Shown: piece by piece, positions 11,432-23,525 of the stretch
Numbering within the stretch: position 1 is the stretch's first letter
Layout: each line of letters starts with the position of its first letter
DNA from: Rhizaria sp. SCN 62-66
Taxonomy: Eukaryota
Reading direction: 5' to 3'
Length of the DNA: 36,953 nt
NCBI GenBank assembly: GCA_001724265.1
Contig: MEDY01000309.1
Span: 1-36,953, forward strand
Notes under the pieces: generated by a model
Database searches by the model: none
Told to the model about the DNA's origin: nothing
The model's input: only the letters and a program-made list of their open reading frames with translations
Translations under genes and position numbers: made by a program

Positions 11432-14400
11432 ATGCCGCCGCGCGCCATATCGAAACGCTCTACAACAGCAGCTGGAGCGGCGTAGACAGAGGCGCCAACT
11501 GCGCGAACATCATCAACGACAACAGCGAAGTCGCACCAGTCGCGGCTAGCGCTTGCCCGCGTCTCGAACAGCAACAGCAAGACTGTTGAAGGCGATGACG
11601 ATGACGACGACGTTCTGATTGTCTCGAGCATCTCCTCAAGCAGCCTTAGCACGAGTTTCACGAGTACGACGGGTGACGACGCTGATGTTGAGATGACACC
11701 TGTCACAAAGCGCAGTCGTCCCCTGGCAATTGCAACAGGAACTGCTAACGCGAGTACCGACGGCAACACCAACAACAAATTGACTGACGCGACTCCGATC
11801 GAGAATGTTTCAGTCGCAGTTGAGAGTGACCATGTAACTAAGCAGCCGCAGCCCTCACAGGTCCAATCGCAACTACCTCAGCCGCACTCGCACTCTTTGT
11901 CGTACCACTCCCTCGGCCCTCTCGAGGCGCGCGTGATTGCGTTGCGCGTCATCGCGTGGTACCGGGCTTCCGCGAGGACGTTTGACTGGCGCGAACGCTA
12001 CCACTGCAGTGAGAGCACATCTGATAGCAGCAATAGTAGATATACCAACAACAACAACAGTGATGATGCGAGTGTAAGTGCGAACGGGAGCATGAGTACA
12101 AGTACGAGCGGTAATAATAGCGCGAACTACTCTGCTGACAGCAGCAATAGCAGTGATGCCACAAATGGCCGTAGCTCCCAGAGTACTTACACGTGGCAGA
12201 CGCTGCCCGCCGCAGCGCGCTACCGTCTCGGTCCCAGCCCTTGCGCCTGTGAGTACCTTCCTTCCCAGTCTGCCTCACAGCAGTCACCCCTGCAGCCTCA
12301 CTCATGCACCGGCTCTAGTTGCAGTGCTAGCACAACTCACACCAACAGCAGCAACAGTAACAGCAACAGCAGCGAAGGTGTCTTTGTCCTCGCCCCGGCC
12401 CTGCGCCTGCTGCTGCGCCCTGGCCTCCCCACGCTCACAGCGCCCGCGCCGGCCTCTTTGGCGCGCCCGGCGCCGCCGCCACTGCGGTCGTGCCACGCGC
12501 TGGCCTACCGCACCCTGCTCTCCGAAGTCCTGCTGCAGCAAACGGGCACCGCGCGCGTCGCCGCCGCGTTTCCGCGCTTCCTCGCAGCCTTCCCCACGCT
12601 GCGAGCGCTCGCTCGCGCGCCCGTGGCTGCCGCCGAGGCCGCCTGGGCCGGCGTCGGCTACTACGCACGGGCGCGCGCACTGCACAGCGCCGCCGGGGCG
12701 CTGCTCGCGATGGCGGAGCAGGAGTCGCCGACGGCGACGACGTCGAGCTTGAGCTTAGACGACGCTGCTCCTGTCCCAGTGCCTCGCTCCGTGCCCGCAC
12801 TACTTACCCTGCCGGGTGTCGGCCCTTACACGGCCGGCGCCATCGCCGCCGAGGCCTTCGGACTGCCCGCGCCGGCGGTCGACACCAATGTGCTCCGTGT
12901 CGTCACCAGGCTCCGCGCACTCTATGCGGCCCCCGCCGCCGCGCTGGCGTCGGGCAAGTACCAGCACCGGCTAGACGACGACGGCGGCGCATCCGGCGGG
13001 GAGATAAGCGCTGCGGGGAAGGGCAAAGGCAAAGGTCGACAATCGAATAAGGCCAAGGGTAAGGGAAAAGGCGAGAAATGCAGCACGAATGATGACGATG
13101 ATGATGATGTGGTTGTCATTGATAGTGACCATGACAACGACGATCATAACAAGAGCCCGCTTCCGAGTTCGACTTTGAGTGTGATCAAGAATGCGGGTAG
13201 TGGTGATATTGTTGACAAAAGCAGTGTCTCTAAGATCTTACAAGGACCCTTAGTTCCCCTGCTCACAGCCACACTCTCACCAACTGCCGCTGCTTCCGCT
13301 GCTTCTGCCTCTGTGACTGGGAATAATAGCGACGCGCGCGCTGCGAGCGGCTTCGACCCCGAGAGCTCCGGCCTGCCGCTGCTGCCGGCGGCCACGGCGG
13401 GCGCCGCGGTGTGGCGCACTGCGGCCGCACTCGCCAGGGGCGCCTGGGCGCTCACCAACGCCAAAGACGAGTGCGTCCAGATCAACAGCAACTCGAGTGG
13501 CATCGCTGATATCGAAGACATTGCCAACGATGGCGACCCGATCGTCTCACGCCCCGCCCCGCCTGCCCGTAGCCAGTCCGTGGTGCAGTGGAGCGGGTTT
13601 GCGGACGCCTTCCTGGCCTCGGAGATGCTGCAGGGGCTGATGGAGCTAGGCGCGACCGTGTGCCTGCCGCGCCTGACCCACTGCAGCCGTTGCCCGCTGC
13701 GCCCGCACTGCAGGGCCGCCGGGGAGGCGGAACTCAACAGCAACAGCGCAAACGCGGCGAGCAACGGGAGCAGCAACAGCATTAACAGCAGCGGTGTCAG
13801 CGGCTCTAGTAAGAGGCTACGGGTGCAGGACAGGTGGGCGCTGGCGCTCGCTCGCAACAGGCAGGAACAACAGCAGCAGCAAGCTCAACTTGACTCACCC
13901 TTTAAGCCCGAGTCTAAGCCTGAGTCCGAGGATTACGCGTCGAAGTGGCTCGAGTGGGCGCGGGGCCGCGAGTACTGGCTCCGGCACGGCTGCCCTCCTC
14001 AACTCCGCCCTGCTTCCTCCTCCGCTGACGCGGCCACTGCTGCTCACAGCCTCCCTGCTGTAACTGAACCTTCAGGGCCGATGTTGCCGCCTGCTCCGTA
14101 CGATGCTGCGAGCATGCCTGCCTTCGACGATTACAACGGCTTTGCTTCTGACGCGCGCGGATTAACTTTGTCGCAGCACGTGTACATGTTCCCAGAGCTA
14201 GCTGACCCCGAGAGTGAGACGTCGGTGGCCACCGCAGCGAATATAGTGCGCACACTGCTCGCGCAACAGCTGCAACAGCAACAGCAACAGCAGCAGCAGC
14301 AGCAACAGCACGAAGTGGAGTCCGAGTCATCAGCCTTGTCGCAGTTGCAGTCGCGACTGCAGCCGTTGCCGCCGACGCCACCCCACTTGCTGCAGTGGCG

Positions 14401-16408
14401 CTTTGCTGCTGCTGCGCCGGGGTTGCTGGCGGGCGAGAGCGGTTATAATAACAGCAACAGCAAGAAGAACAACAATTCATCTTGGAGTGAGACTGAATGT
14501 ACCATATGTGCCGACTCTGCCTGCAATGCAAGCACCAATGGAGGGGAAAGTGTTGCTAGCGAGAGTGACAGTGAGCTGGGAACACTCAGGTACCCTCTTG
14601 TTGTGCCTAAAGCCAAGCCGTCGAAGGATGGAACAACCGCGGGCAAAAAGGGGAACAAAAACTCGAGCATGAATGGCGATGATGACGAAAACGACCAGCG
14701 TGGTGATGACGTTGGCGCTGACGATGAGAATAATGAAGGGGACGACGGCTGTGATTATAACGATGACAGTGCGGCTCTGAAGAGTAAGAAGATCCTCAAG
14801 AAGACTCCTCCTGTTCAAAAGGGTGCTGCGAGCATTTGGCTTCAAGCCGCCAACGCCAACAACAGCAACACAAGCAATAACAGCATCAACAGCAGCAAGA
14901 AGAAGATTGCATCTAAGGGGGTACTCAGTGCGTGGGATGCGCCTGATGACTCACCATTCTACTCAGACTCTGACTCAGATTCGGATACTGAGACTGCAAA
15001 CAGTGCTAAGAGCAAGGGTGCCCGTGAGTCGTTTTTCATATCATCGCTACCGATTCTCACTCTCGTGACGGACAGCAACAACAATAGCACGCTCAGCGAC
15101 TCCGCTCCTCACAATTACTCTGCTGCTGCCCACAGTCGCTCTCGGCGTACGCAGTTCTTGCTCCTGCGGCGCAGGCCCCAAGGTGGCTTGCTTTCGGGCC
15201 AGTGGGACGCTTACCAGCACCCGCTCGTAACAACGGCAGCGACTACATCATCTTCATCAGCACCTTTACCAGCATTGGCATTAATAACAGCAGCAGCGAT
15301 GGGGGGAGCGGAAGCGACCACGGCCGCGGCTGTGGCAGAGACGGCGGCGCTGGCGGCGGCTGCGGCCGTGGCTGCTGAGTCCGCGCACGCCTGGGCGGGG
15401 CTCGTGACTGCAGCCGCAAACACCGCACGAAGCAGCGACAACAACAGCTCTATGATTTTTAGCGGCAATAGCCACAGCAACCCTGATTCACAGTCACTCC
15501 AAGCACAGTCTTTGTTTGAAATCACAAACACGGTCCGCGTGCGCGGCTGCGACCCCGTCACAGTCACTAAGCCTGTCAAGAACAGCATCAAAGGCGCGAA
15601 ATCTACGGTCAAACGCCGTCGTAAGGCGTTTGCGAAGTGGTTTTTGCGCGTCTACTCTTCAGGCAAACACTACTTAATGCCTATTGTCACTTCTCTGCGT
15701 CCCTCAACTACTCACACAAACGCTGCTGACGACACCTCACCTCCTATCACCGCTGAAACGACTGATTCTCATTATGCCCGTGAAAACGCTCCAACCAACG
15801 CTTCCTGGTCTCTGCACGAACGCAGCGGGGTCTGGTACGGCGGCCCGAGCCCCGACACGGCGCAGTTCTGCGCTGTCCCGCTCGCGCGCATCGCGTCCTC
15901 CCTCACTCTCGATAGCAACAACAACGACAACGGCAACGGCAACGGAAGCGGTGACAGCAACGGCATGAATGGGTCAAACTGTACATGTGACGCTAACTCC
16001 CAGTCTGCGCGTGCGTGTGCGTGTGACGAGCGGAACGACCTGGCGTTCGCAGCCGCGACCGTCGTGGGCATCAGTGATCGAGACTGCGTGGCCGCGCTGC
16101 AACAGCTGCTGCAGGCGCCTGTCGCGAGCACTCTGGCCTATTTGGCCACGATTCTCGCTGTGGCGGGACGCAAAGCCACCGAGCAGGATTTTGCGCGCGC
16201 AACTACTGCGCGAAAGTCACTCACTGCTACAGAGCGACTCAACGCTACTGAAAATGCAGCGGCAGCAACAACGGCAGCAACAGCGGCAGCAACGACAACT
16301 CCTGTGACAGCGTTTACAGCGATAATGGTCGATGCAGAAAACCTTAACATTGCTAAAGCACATGATGACGACGGTGATGGTGTTATTGTGATGTCAGATA
16401 GTGAATAA
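11432..16408 (+). CDS. MUTYH: A/G-specific adenine DNA glycosylase MutY/MUTYH-like, about 1658 aa if the TAG at 11483-11485 is read as sense (otherwise it starts at 11693)
   Basis: LLSEVLLQQT (catalytic Glu), WAGVGYYARARALH, HhH LPGVGPYTAGAI, VDTNVLRV (catalytic Asp), QGLMELGATV, [4Fe-4S] motif CX6CX2CX5C (CLPRLTHCSRCPLRPHC) and NUDIX-like LLRRRPQGGLLSGQW. The upstream ATG at 11432 (MPPRAISKR) is in frame and lies at the AT-rich to coding transition. Ends TAA. Confidence 0.92.
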
Positions 16409-17117
16409 CTTTGAAGCCGCGCGAACCTGCCTGTCAAGTAACCATGATAAAGACATCTCATTTGTGTTTGTGGTGGGACTTGCCACTCCTTGCAGAAAAC
16501 GTCTTACCAGCAGACTGCAACAGCAACAACATTTAGATACAACAACATTTAGATATAGTTTTGAAATCTTGACGTTATTCAACGTTTATTTAGCCACAAT
16601 TGAACTTTTATTCAATTCATTCTCATTAGCCTCGTGTATTATACAAAATCAATCCACGTGCGTGACGGCACCTAACTGATGAAGGACGATTAAACATGTA
16701 CAGTACATGTATTAATGAGTGTATCCTTTAACAGCAGCAAACATGTCGCAGGTGTTTTAGCATATCATGTGATTATGATGTCATATTTTAAAAAGCGGCT
16801 GATTTCATTGCGCTCGAGTGAGAAATGCGTGGGGCTACGTGTTCCGGGAGAGGTTTCAGCGCAGTGTGGCTCGAGGCTGCCCCTGGCCACTCCTGGCCCA
16901 AGATAAGCCGCACACGTCACGGCGTGGATTTGAAGAGCCCTTATCTCCTTGGTGTTTCAGTGTAATCAAGTGCAAGTAACGTATATTGGCTTTTTTGTGC
17001 GTCTAGTTTATTATACTATTTAGAATATCGCTATCGATCCGTGGTTTATGCGTGCTCATCTCTTCAAAATCTTCGCGGCCCCTTCCTTCTCCCTTCTTGC
17101 CCACAGATCCTCTCAAC

Positions 17118-18266
17118 ATGGACTTCAAGATTGTACGTCGCGTTTACGATCAGTACTCCCAAAGAATTTTAGTTTATGTGGCTTTTTCTTTGTGTCGATA
17201 TGGCTTTCTTCCTGCTTACAGTGCTTTTTCTCGCAACTCCGCGCAAACCTCCGCGTCTACGTCTCCACTGATGTCCTCGTGCCGCTCCTCCCCCCTTCTC
17301 ACCTCCCCCTCCCTCTCTCCCTCCTTCCCCCCCACCTTTTGCTTCGTGTCACACTGTTCAGACCGGGACCACGACGACCAGCTCTAGCTCCAGCTCCAGC
17401 TCTAACTCCAGCTCCTCTATGAACGGCAAGGTCACGTCGAGCTCGAGCCACAGCACCTCCACCAAGACCTCCGGCGGCCACTCCACTACCACCAAGAAGG
17501 GCAAGAAGACCATGGGCAACGGCGATGTCATCGAGTACGAGACCTCCGGCAACGTCACTGCGGTCGAGTTTGACCCTTCGAATATGAACAACGGCTTCTC
17601 CATGGAGTTCAACGCGACCGGCCCCCCGCCGCACTCCCCCCACACGCCCCACGGCCACACTGTGGTCACCACCACCCACCAGGGCCCCCACGGCCAGCAC
17701 GTCACCTACACCGAGACGCACACCACCACCGTACGTCTTTGTTCTATCAACACAAAAGCAATATTTCTAGCTATAGTTGCACTTATATTTCAACATATTT
17801 AATTTTTAAATCTATATCCCAACATCTTTCTTGTCAATTTCCCTTCGCAATAATCTCACACTTTTGCTACTTTTGGTATCTTCTCTTTCCTCTCTCGGGG
17901 TCCACACACACACACATATCTCGACTCTGCCCACGTCTGCCACGACAGAGCCCGAAGGCGAACATCGAGGTCAACGCCGAGGGCGCGCAAGCCGTGGCGC
18001 ACGCGGCGATGATGGGCGTGGCGAACCTCTTCGCGCCGAAGCCGCAGGTCGTGGTCAAGGAGACGCACACTGTGTATGTGCCGGCTCCCACGCAGCAGAT
18101 CGTGTACCAGGCGCCGCCGCAGGAGGAGGTTGAGGAGGAGGTGTGGGAGTGCGTTGGCTGGAGCGAGGGCACGCACTGCTGCTGCCGCGTCATGGACCCC
18201 GAGAAGGCCAAGGTAGTCAACGCCCGCAAGCGCAAGATGGACCGTGAGTTCTCCCACAACAACTAA
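17118..18266 (+). CDS. Hypothetical 233-aa Ser/Thr/His-rich protein. Exons 17118-17132, 17362-17730 and 17949-18266.
   Basis: ATG GAC TTC AAG ATT|GTACGT, ttcag|ACC, ACC|GTACGT and gacag|AGC: both introns are phase 0 and join ORFs 17419 and 17739 in frame. Strong C/G-ending codon bias. Ends TAA at 18264-18266. No family recognised. Confidence 0.8.
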
Positions 18267-19448
18267 GCCGGGACTCAGCAATATCCGGCTAATTCGTTCG
18301 CCTTAAGCTGAAATGAAGACAGCTACGCTGAAACAAAGATAGATGACACGCGCTGACACAGATAGAGAGAGAGACTTTACAACACTGCAACGACGCACAG
18401 TGTGACTGTGTGGTGTTGCTGGTATTACGCGCTATGCTTGCCTGCTTGCTTGCCGGTGACTGAGTGAAATCACCGTGAGCAAAAACACAATGCACAAGTA
18501 CATAGACGCTACTAATTCGAAATGGTCGTGGCTGTTGTTTTTTTGTTGGGTTGTTTTGTTTTGTTTTTTTGTTGTCGGAGTATTTCATGTTAATGACACG
18601 ATATACTCGTTTTCCAAGTCAGTTATCTCTCCTATATTACGTACTTTTGTTCGAAAATATTACACAGGCAACCTATCATAGAAACGCGCACATTAAGCAC
18701 AACAAAAGCAAGGGCAACTCCCATTATCGGTGACAGAGTTCTTAACTTCAACAACAGCACTTTCTTAATGTTGCTTGTTGTCGATGTTGTTGCTTCTCGC
18801 TCCTAGCTTTGTTTGTGTCTGTTTGATTGTCTTACCCTGTCTTTCTGTGTGACTCGGCACTGCACTGCTTTTGTGCTCTGCTTTCTTACGCGGCTTGCTT
18901 TTTTTGTCGCTTTGGTGTGTGTGTATGTTGTGTCGTCGTTCTCTGTGTCTGTGGGAGGTGAGAACAAATAATAATACAAATTTTGAACTAACCCTGTCTG
19001 TATTGTTGTCTGTATTGTTCTTGTCACGAAAGTCGAGTCATGATTACCGCGAAGAAACAGAAATACAATTTATCAAAGGATGTCTTTCACTTAAAAATCA
19101 TCGTAACCTCGAACTCGTATCATCACCACTCATCGAATTGCTGAGGATATTATGCTTAGTAACACGTCTTTCTTTGTATTGGTTTTCTGTACTACGTATT
19201 GCTCTAATATACTAATGATAATATAATAAATGAATAACACGACTCTGCACTATGACCATCCTAAACAATCGCAAAATAACGAATCTCTTTTTGTGTGTGC
19301 TTTCTTTAATAAACGATAGTATGAACAATTAATTTAAAAGCCTGTCACAGATTGTTTGTGAAACACACTGCAACTAACTTCACAGCACGCAGCAGCCTTG
19401 CGAGGCTCTCGCCGCCGCAGCTGTGCCGCCTCGCATCAGCCGGGCGTC

Positions 19449-22400
19449 TCAGCCGGTCTTGTTGACTGCACGCAGCGGCGTGATGAGGTTCCGCAGCTCC
19501 GCGCACACGACCTCGACGGAGAAGGGCGTCGTGACAAGAGCGGTGACGAACCGTTCCACGCCGCCCCCCGTCGCCACGGCCGCGACCGCGGACGCAGCGG
19601 CGGCAGCCTGGGGCGCGTTGGGACCGTTGGCGGCGGCGGCCGCGGCGGCGGCGGCGGCCGCGGCGGCGGCAGCGGAGGAGACGGCACCATTCCAGCGGTC
19701 GACGAGCGACTGCGGGAACGAGGGCTCTGAGTCGAAGAGCAGGCGGTAGAGCGAGACGACCTCGCGCAGCAGCCCGGTGAAGGAGCTGTCCTTGTCGTTA
19801 AGCTGCGGCAGCAGCACCAGGTCCGAGGCGATGGCGACGATCTGTTGCGGCAGTCCGCGCTGCTGCGCGACCGCGGCAAGCAGGTTGTTGGCGGCCCAGA
19901 AGCGGATGAAGAGCCGCAGCAGCTGCACGCTGGTGCGGTAGCCGGCCGTATCGGTGGGGCTGCTGAGCGTCATCTGCTCCAGCACGCTCTCGCACAGCGA
20001 CGGGAGCGTGTCGGCGTGGTGCAGCAGCACGGCGTCGAGCTTCGACGACAGACATTCGCGCAGGAAAAGGTAGAAGACGCGCACCATCTCGGCGCGGCAC
20101 GCGCGCTGCTGCGAGAGCGCGGCCGCTAGCTCCACGCCGGGCTCCGGCTCGGGCGGCGCCGAGACAGAGGCCAGGCACGCGAAGTGCTTCTCCACGACGG
20201 GCACGAAGACGTTGGCGAGCACAGGCGCGAAGTCGGCGCCGAAGCGCGCCATGAGCTGGTTGGTGAGCTCCACCACGCGTCCGATGTTATTGGCGTCCGA
20301 GCATTGCAGCATGACCGTCAGTGCGGGCGCGAGCGCCTGCAGCGCGTTGGCGCGCATCACCTCGACGATGACGTGCAAGAACGCGATCGTCTTGGCGCGG
20401 AGCAGCTCGTCCGCGGGCGCGATACTGTACGCGGCCATGACCTGCCCGAACGAGTGCTCGAGCGCCTGGCGCGTGCCCGCATCCTCGGCCTCGGTGGGCG
20501 TCATGCCCTTGATGACCGTGAGCAGCGCCTGCACGAGCTGCGCCGCGCGCTTCGTCACGACGTCGGCCAGCGTCGGCATCGCCGCGGGCGCGGCCGCCAC
20601 AAGGTGCGTCAGCGGCTCGAGGGCGACCATCATGGCGCGCTGGAAGAGCGCCGGCGAGTGCGGGCCGGCGACCGAGGACGAGCAAACCATCGAGAGGCAC
20701 TCGCAGAGGTGCACACAGTCGGTGAAAGACACGCGGCCCTTGAGCCCGCGCTGCGCGCCGCGCGAGAGCACGCTCGAGATGACGTCAGAGAGCGCCGTGG
20801 TGAGCTCCAGCAGAAAGGGCTGCAGGTGCGACTTGATGCTATCCTGCGAGGTGAAGGCGCGGATGGTCTTGGTGAGCTGATAGGACGCGGCGGCGCGGAG
20901 CTCGACGACCGGGGAGCAGATGCCGCGGTCGTCGAGGAAGATTTGCAGCACGCAGGGCAGCATCTGAGGGCACATCTCGAGCACCTTATGGTAGCGCGCG
21001 AGGCACTCGTACAGCGAGGTCGCCACCAGCACATTGGGGTGGTACGTCAGCGGCGAGAGGAAGAGCGACGCGAAGGCCGAGCACCAGGGCTCCGTCGTCA
21101 GCGCGGCCATGATGCCCTTGCCCACGGCGTCGCCGAGCACGAAGATGAGGTGGATAGCCGACTCGATGCTCGCAAACGGCAGCTGCGCCACGGCCGACCG
21201 GCCCGCCGTCGACAGCACCGAGGCAACCGCAGGCAGGCTGCCCGGGGCGGCCGCGGCGGCGGCCGCGGCGGCGGCCGCGGCGGCGGAGGCGGCGGCGGCG
21301 GGATTGTTCATGAGCGTCTTGTTGAGGTACTCCCCCGCGTAGCCGACGGTGTCCCCGGGCGCGGCGGCAACAACAGCGAGCGCGACCTGCGCCAGCATCG
21401 AGTGCAGCAGCTCAAGTCCGTAGTCGACGCACGCGTCGCGCGCCACGAGGACCAAGGTGCGGAACACGCGGTCGAGGCGCTGTGCGCGGTACTGCTCGAA
21501 GCGCGCCTCGCGGTCGTCGCGCGTGTCTGCGTGGAGCGTGTCGCCCTCGGTCGAGTGCCAGGGCGGGTAGCGCCAGCCCGCGACGACGGCCTCAAGGCTC
21601 GTGTCGACCACCGACTTGTGCGCGTGCTGCATCACGCCAGTGTACTTGAACAGCGAGAGGAACTCGCTCAGCGCGTCCGTGGCCTGGAAACCCACCTCGA
21701 ACGTGGGGTTCCGCAGGCTCGACAGCAGACACGCGGCCGCGCGCAGCAGCAGCGTCTCGTTGGCGTGCACCGACGCCAGCTCCTCAGGGAAGAGTGTCTG
21801 CGTGAAGGACGCAAAGTCGGGGCACAGCACCACGGCGCGCGTGCGCGTGGAGCCGTCCGCCGCGGTCACCGTCACCTGCTTGCCTCCGCCGGCCGCGCCG
21901 CCTCTGCCGCCGGCGCCCGCCTGCTGGTGCTTGGCGGCGTGCGACGCGGCGCCGAAGACCGACTGCGTGGCGCGGCTGGAGCCCGAGGCGGCGGCGCGCG
22001 CCTTGGTGCGCATGTCGTTGCCCGGGTACGTGGGGATAATCTCGACGCCGCCGTCGAGGACCTCGTCGTAGCAGGCCGTGAGCTGCGTCACGAGCGCGGC
22101 CGCAAACTTGGTCATGGCGCACGCAAAGGTGGTGAAGTAGCCGTCGTACTCGGTCACTTCTTCCTCCTGGGAGAAGTCGAACTTTTCGATGATGGACACG
22201 AAATCCATCTGCTCGATCAACGCGAGACGCTTCAGCCTAAAAATAACCCGAAAAGAGACGACAGGCAAAGGCGAGCAGCAACAAATAAACAAATGAGCAT
22301 GAGATATTTTCGAGAAAGAGGTACACCTCGTCAGAGAATCGTCGAACTATAGTTCTTTGTTTTCTAGTTAAAATTAAAATGAAAGTGTTCAATTAAATAA

Positions 22401-23525
22401 ATATAGAGATGATTTGTAAGAGCGTACCTGGGCATGCCCTTGGTGGTGATGGCGGTGAGGACCGCGGCAGCGCCGTTGCGGAGCGTGGGCTCCGACAACA
22501 GGTTAAACAGCAGCGGGAAAAACTTATCATTGACGACGAGGTCGAGCTCGATCCACTCGACGTAGACGGCTAGGATGCTGAGGGCTGACAGCGCGAGAGC
22601 GGGGTGCGAGCCCATATAAGTCAGGATGATCGTCTCCAACGCGCCCACGATGGCAGGGAGCGGGCCTGCGCGCATGGCGTCCTTGATGCCCATCGCGATG
22701 ACGGCGTCCATGCGCTCGCGCGTCTGACCCGTCGACATGGTCGTGTCGGCCTTGATGATGTCTTCTTCGAGCGTCGTGAGCGTGAGCACGAAGAGCTCCG
22801 CGGGGACGGCGCCCTGGGGCAGGAACGAGATGAAGTCGTCGAAGAAGCTCGGCCACGCGCCCGGGTAGTCGCTCTTAGCGATGGCCGTGAGACACGTCGC
22901 CACGCGAGCCGTGACGTACTTCGGCACGGGGTGCGCGGGCAGCACGTCGCGCACATAAAGCAGCAGCTGGGTCCGGATGAACGACTTGGCCTCCTCGCCC
23001 AGCGCCTGGTAACGCTGCTCGATGCCGCGCTGCAGCATGTTTAGGCACACGAATTTGACGTGGTCGTGCCGCTGTGTCAGCGTCGCCGTGTGGAGACGCT
23101 CGAGGCAGAGGCGGAACATGTCCGCGCTGTCAGAGACGGAGCGCAGGTAGTCGCGCGCGGCCTCCGCCGTCGCCGGGTCAGAGGTCGCCACGTGCACGTA
23201 CGCCACAAGCACCGCGCGCTCGAAGTCGTCCTGTGGTGGCGTTATGAGATGAGTATCGTAGAGGCGAGAAGCGAACCATGTGTGAGAAGACGTAATAGTG
23301 GGGACCTTGCGTGGAGATAGAGTACTTATGGAAAATAAAGTTGCAATGTGAAAAGTATATGTAAAAATGTGTGGATTTTCTTTGGTTAAAGTTGGAAACA
23401 AGCGAATAAATGTGGCCAATTGCAGTGCTTAAAGAACGTACCTGGGCGGTGGCGGCCGAGGCCGAGGCCGCCGCGGAAGCGGAGGCTGCGGAGGCCGGCG
23501 CCGACGGTGATGCGAGGCCGGACAT
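19449..23525 (-). CDS. XPOT: Exportin-T (tRNA exportin, Los1/PAUSED-like importin-beta family), about 1224 aa. Exons 23525-23442, 23230-22428 and 22236-19449.
   Basis: IBN_N/Xpo1-like N-terminus (HVKFVCLNML, DYPGAWPSFF, IKDAMR, YVEWIELDLVVNDKF, KGMP) and downstream YECLARY and FLDDRGI..P...LRAAASYQL motifs typical of exportin-T. Introns 23441-23231 (phase 0, GTACGT..cag) and 22427-22237 (phase 2, GTACGC..tag) keep frame. Ends TGA at 19451-19449. Confidence 0.9.

Noticed and set aside
19449-19451. TGA read-through at the end of XPOT
   Set aside because: The protein is already full-length, another TGA follows shortly, and no modelled exon contains an in-frame TGA.
20184-22352. 722-aa plus-strand ORF
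   Set aside because: Antisense shadow of exportin-T caused by high GC3.
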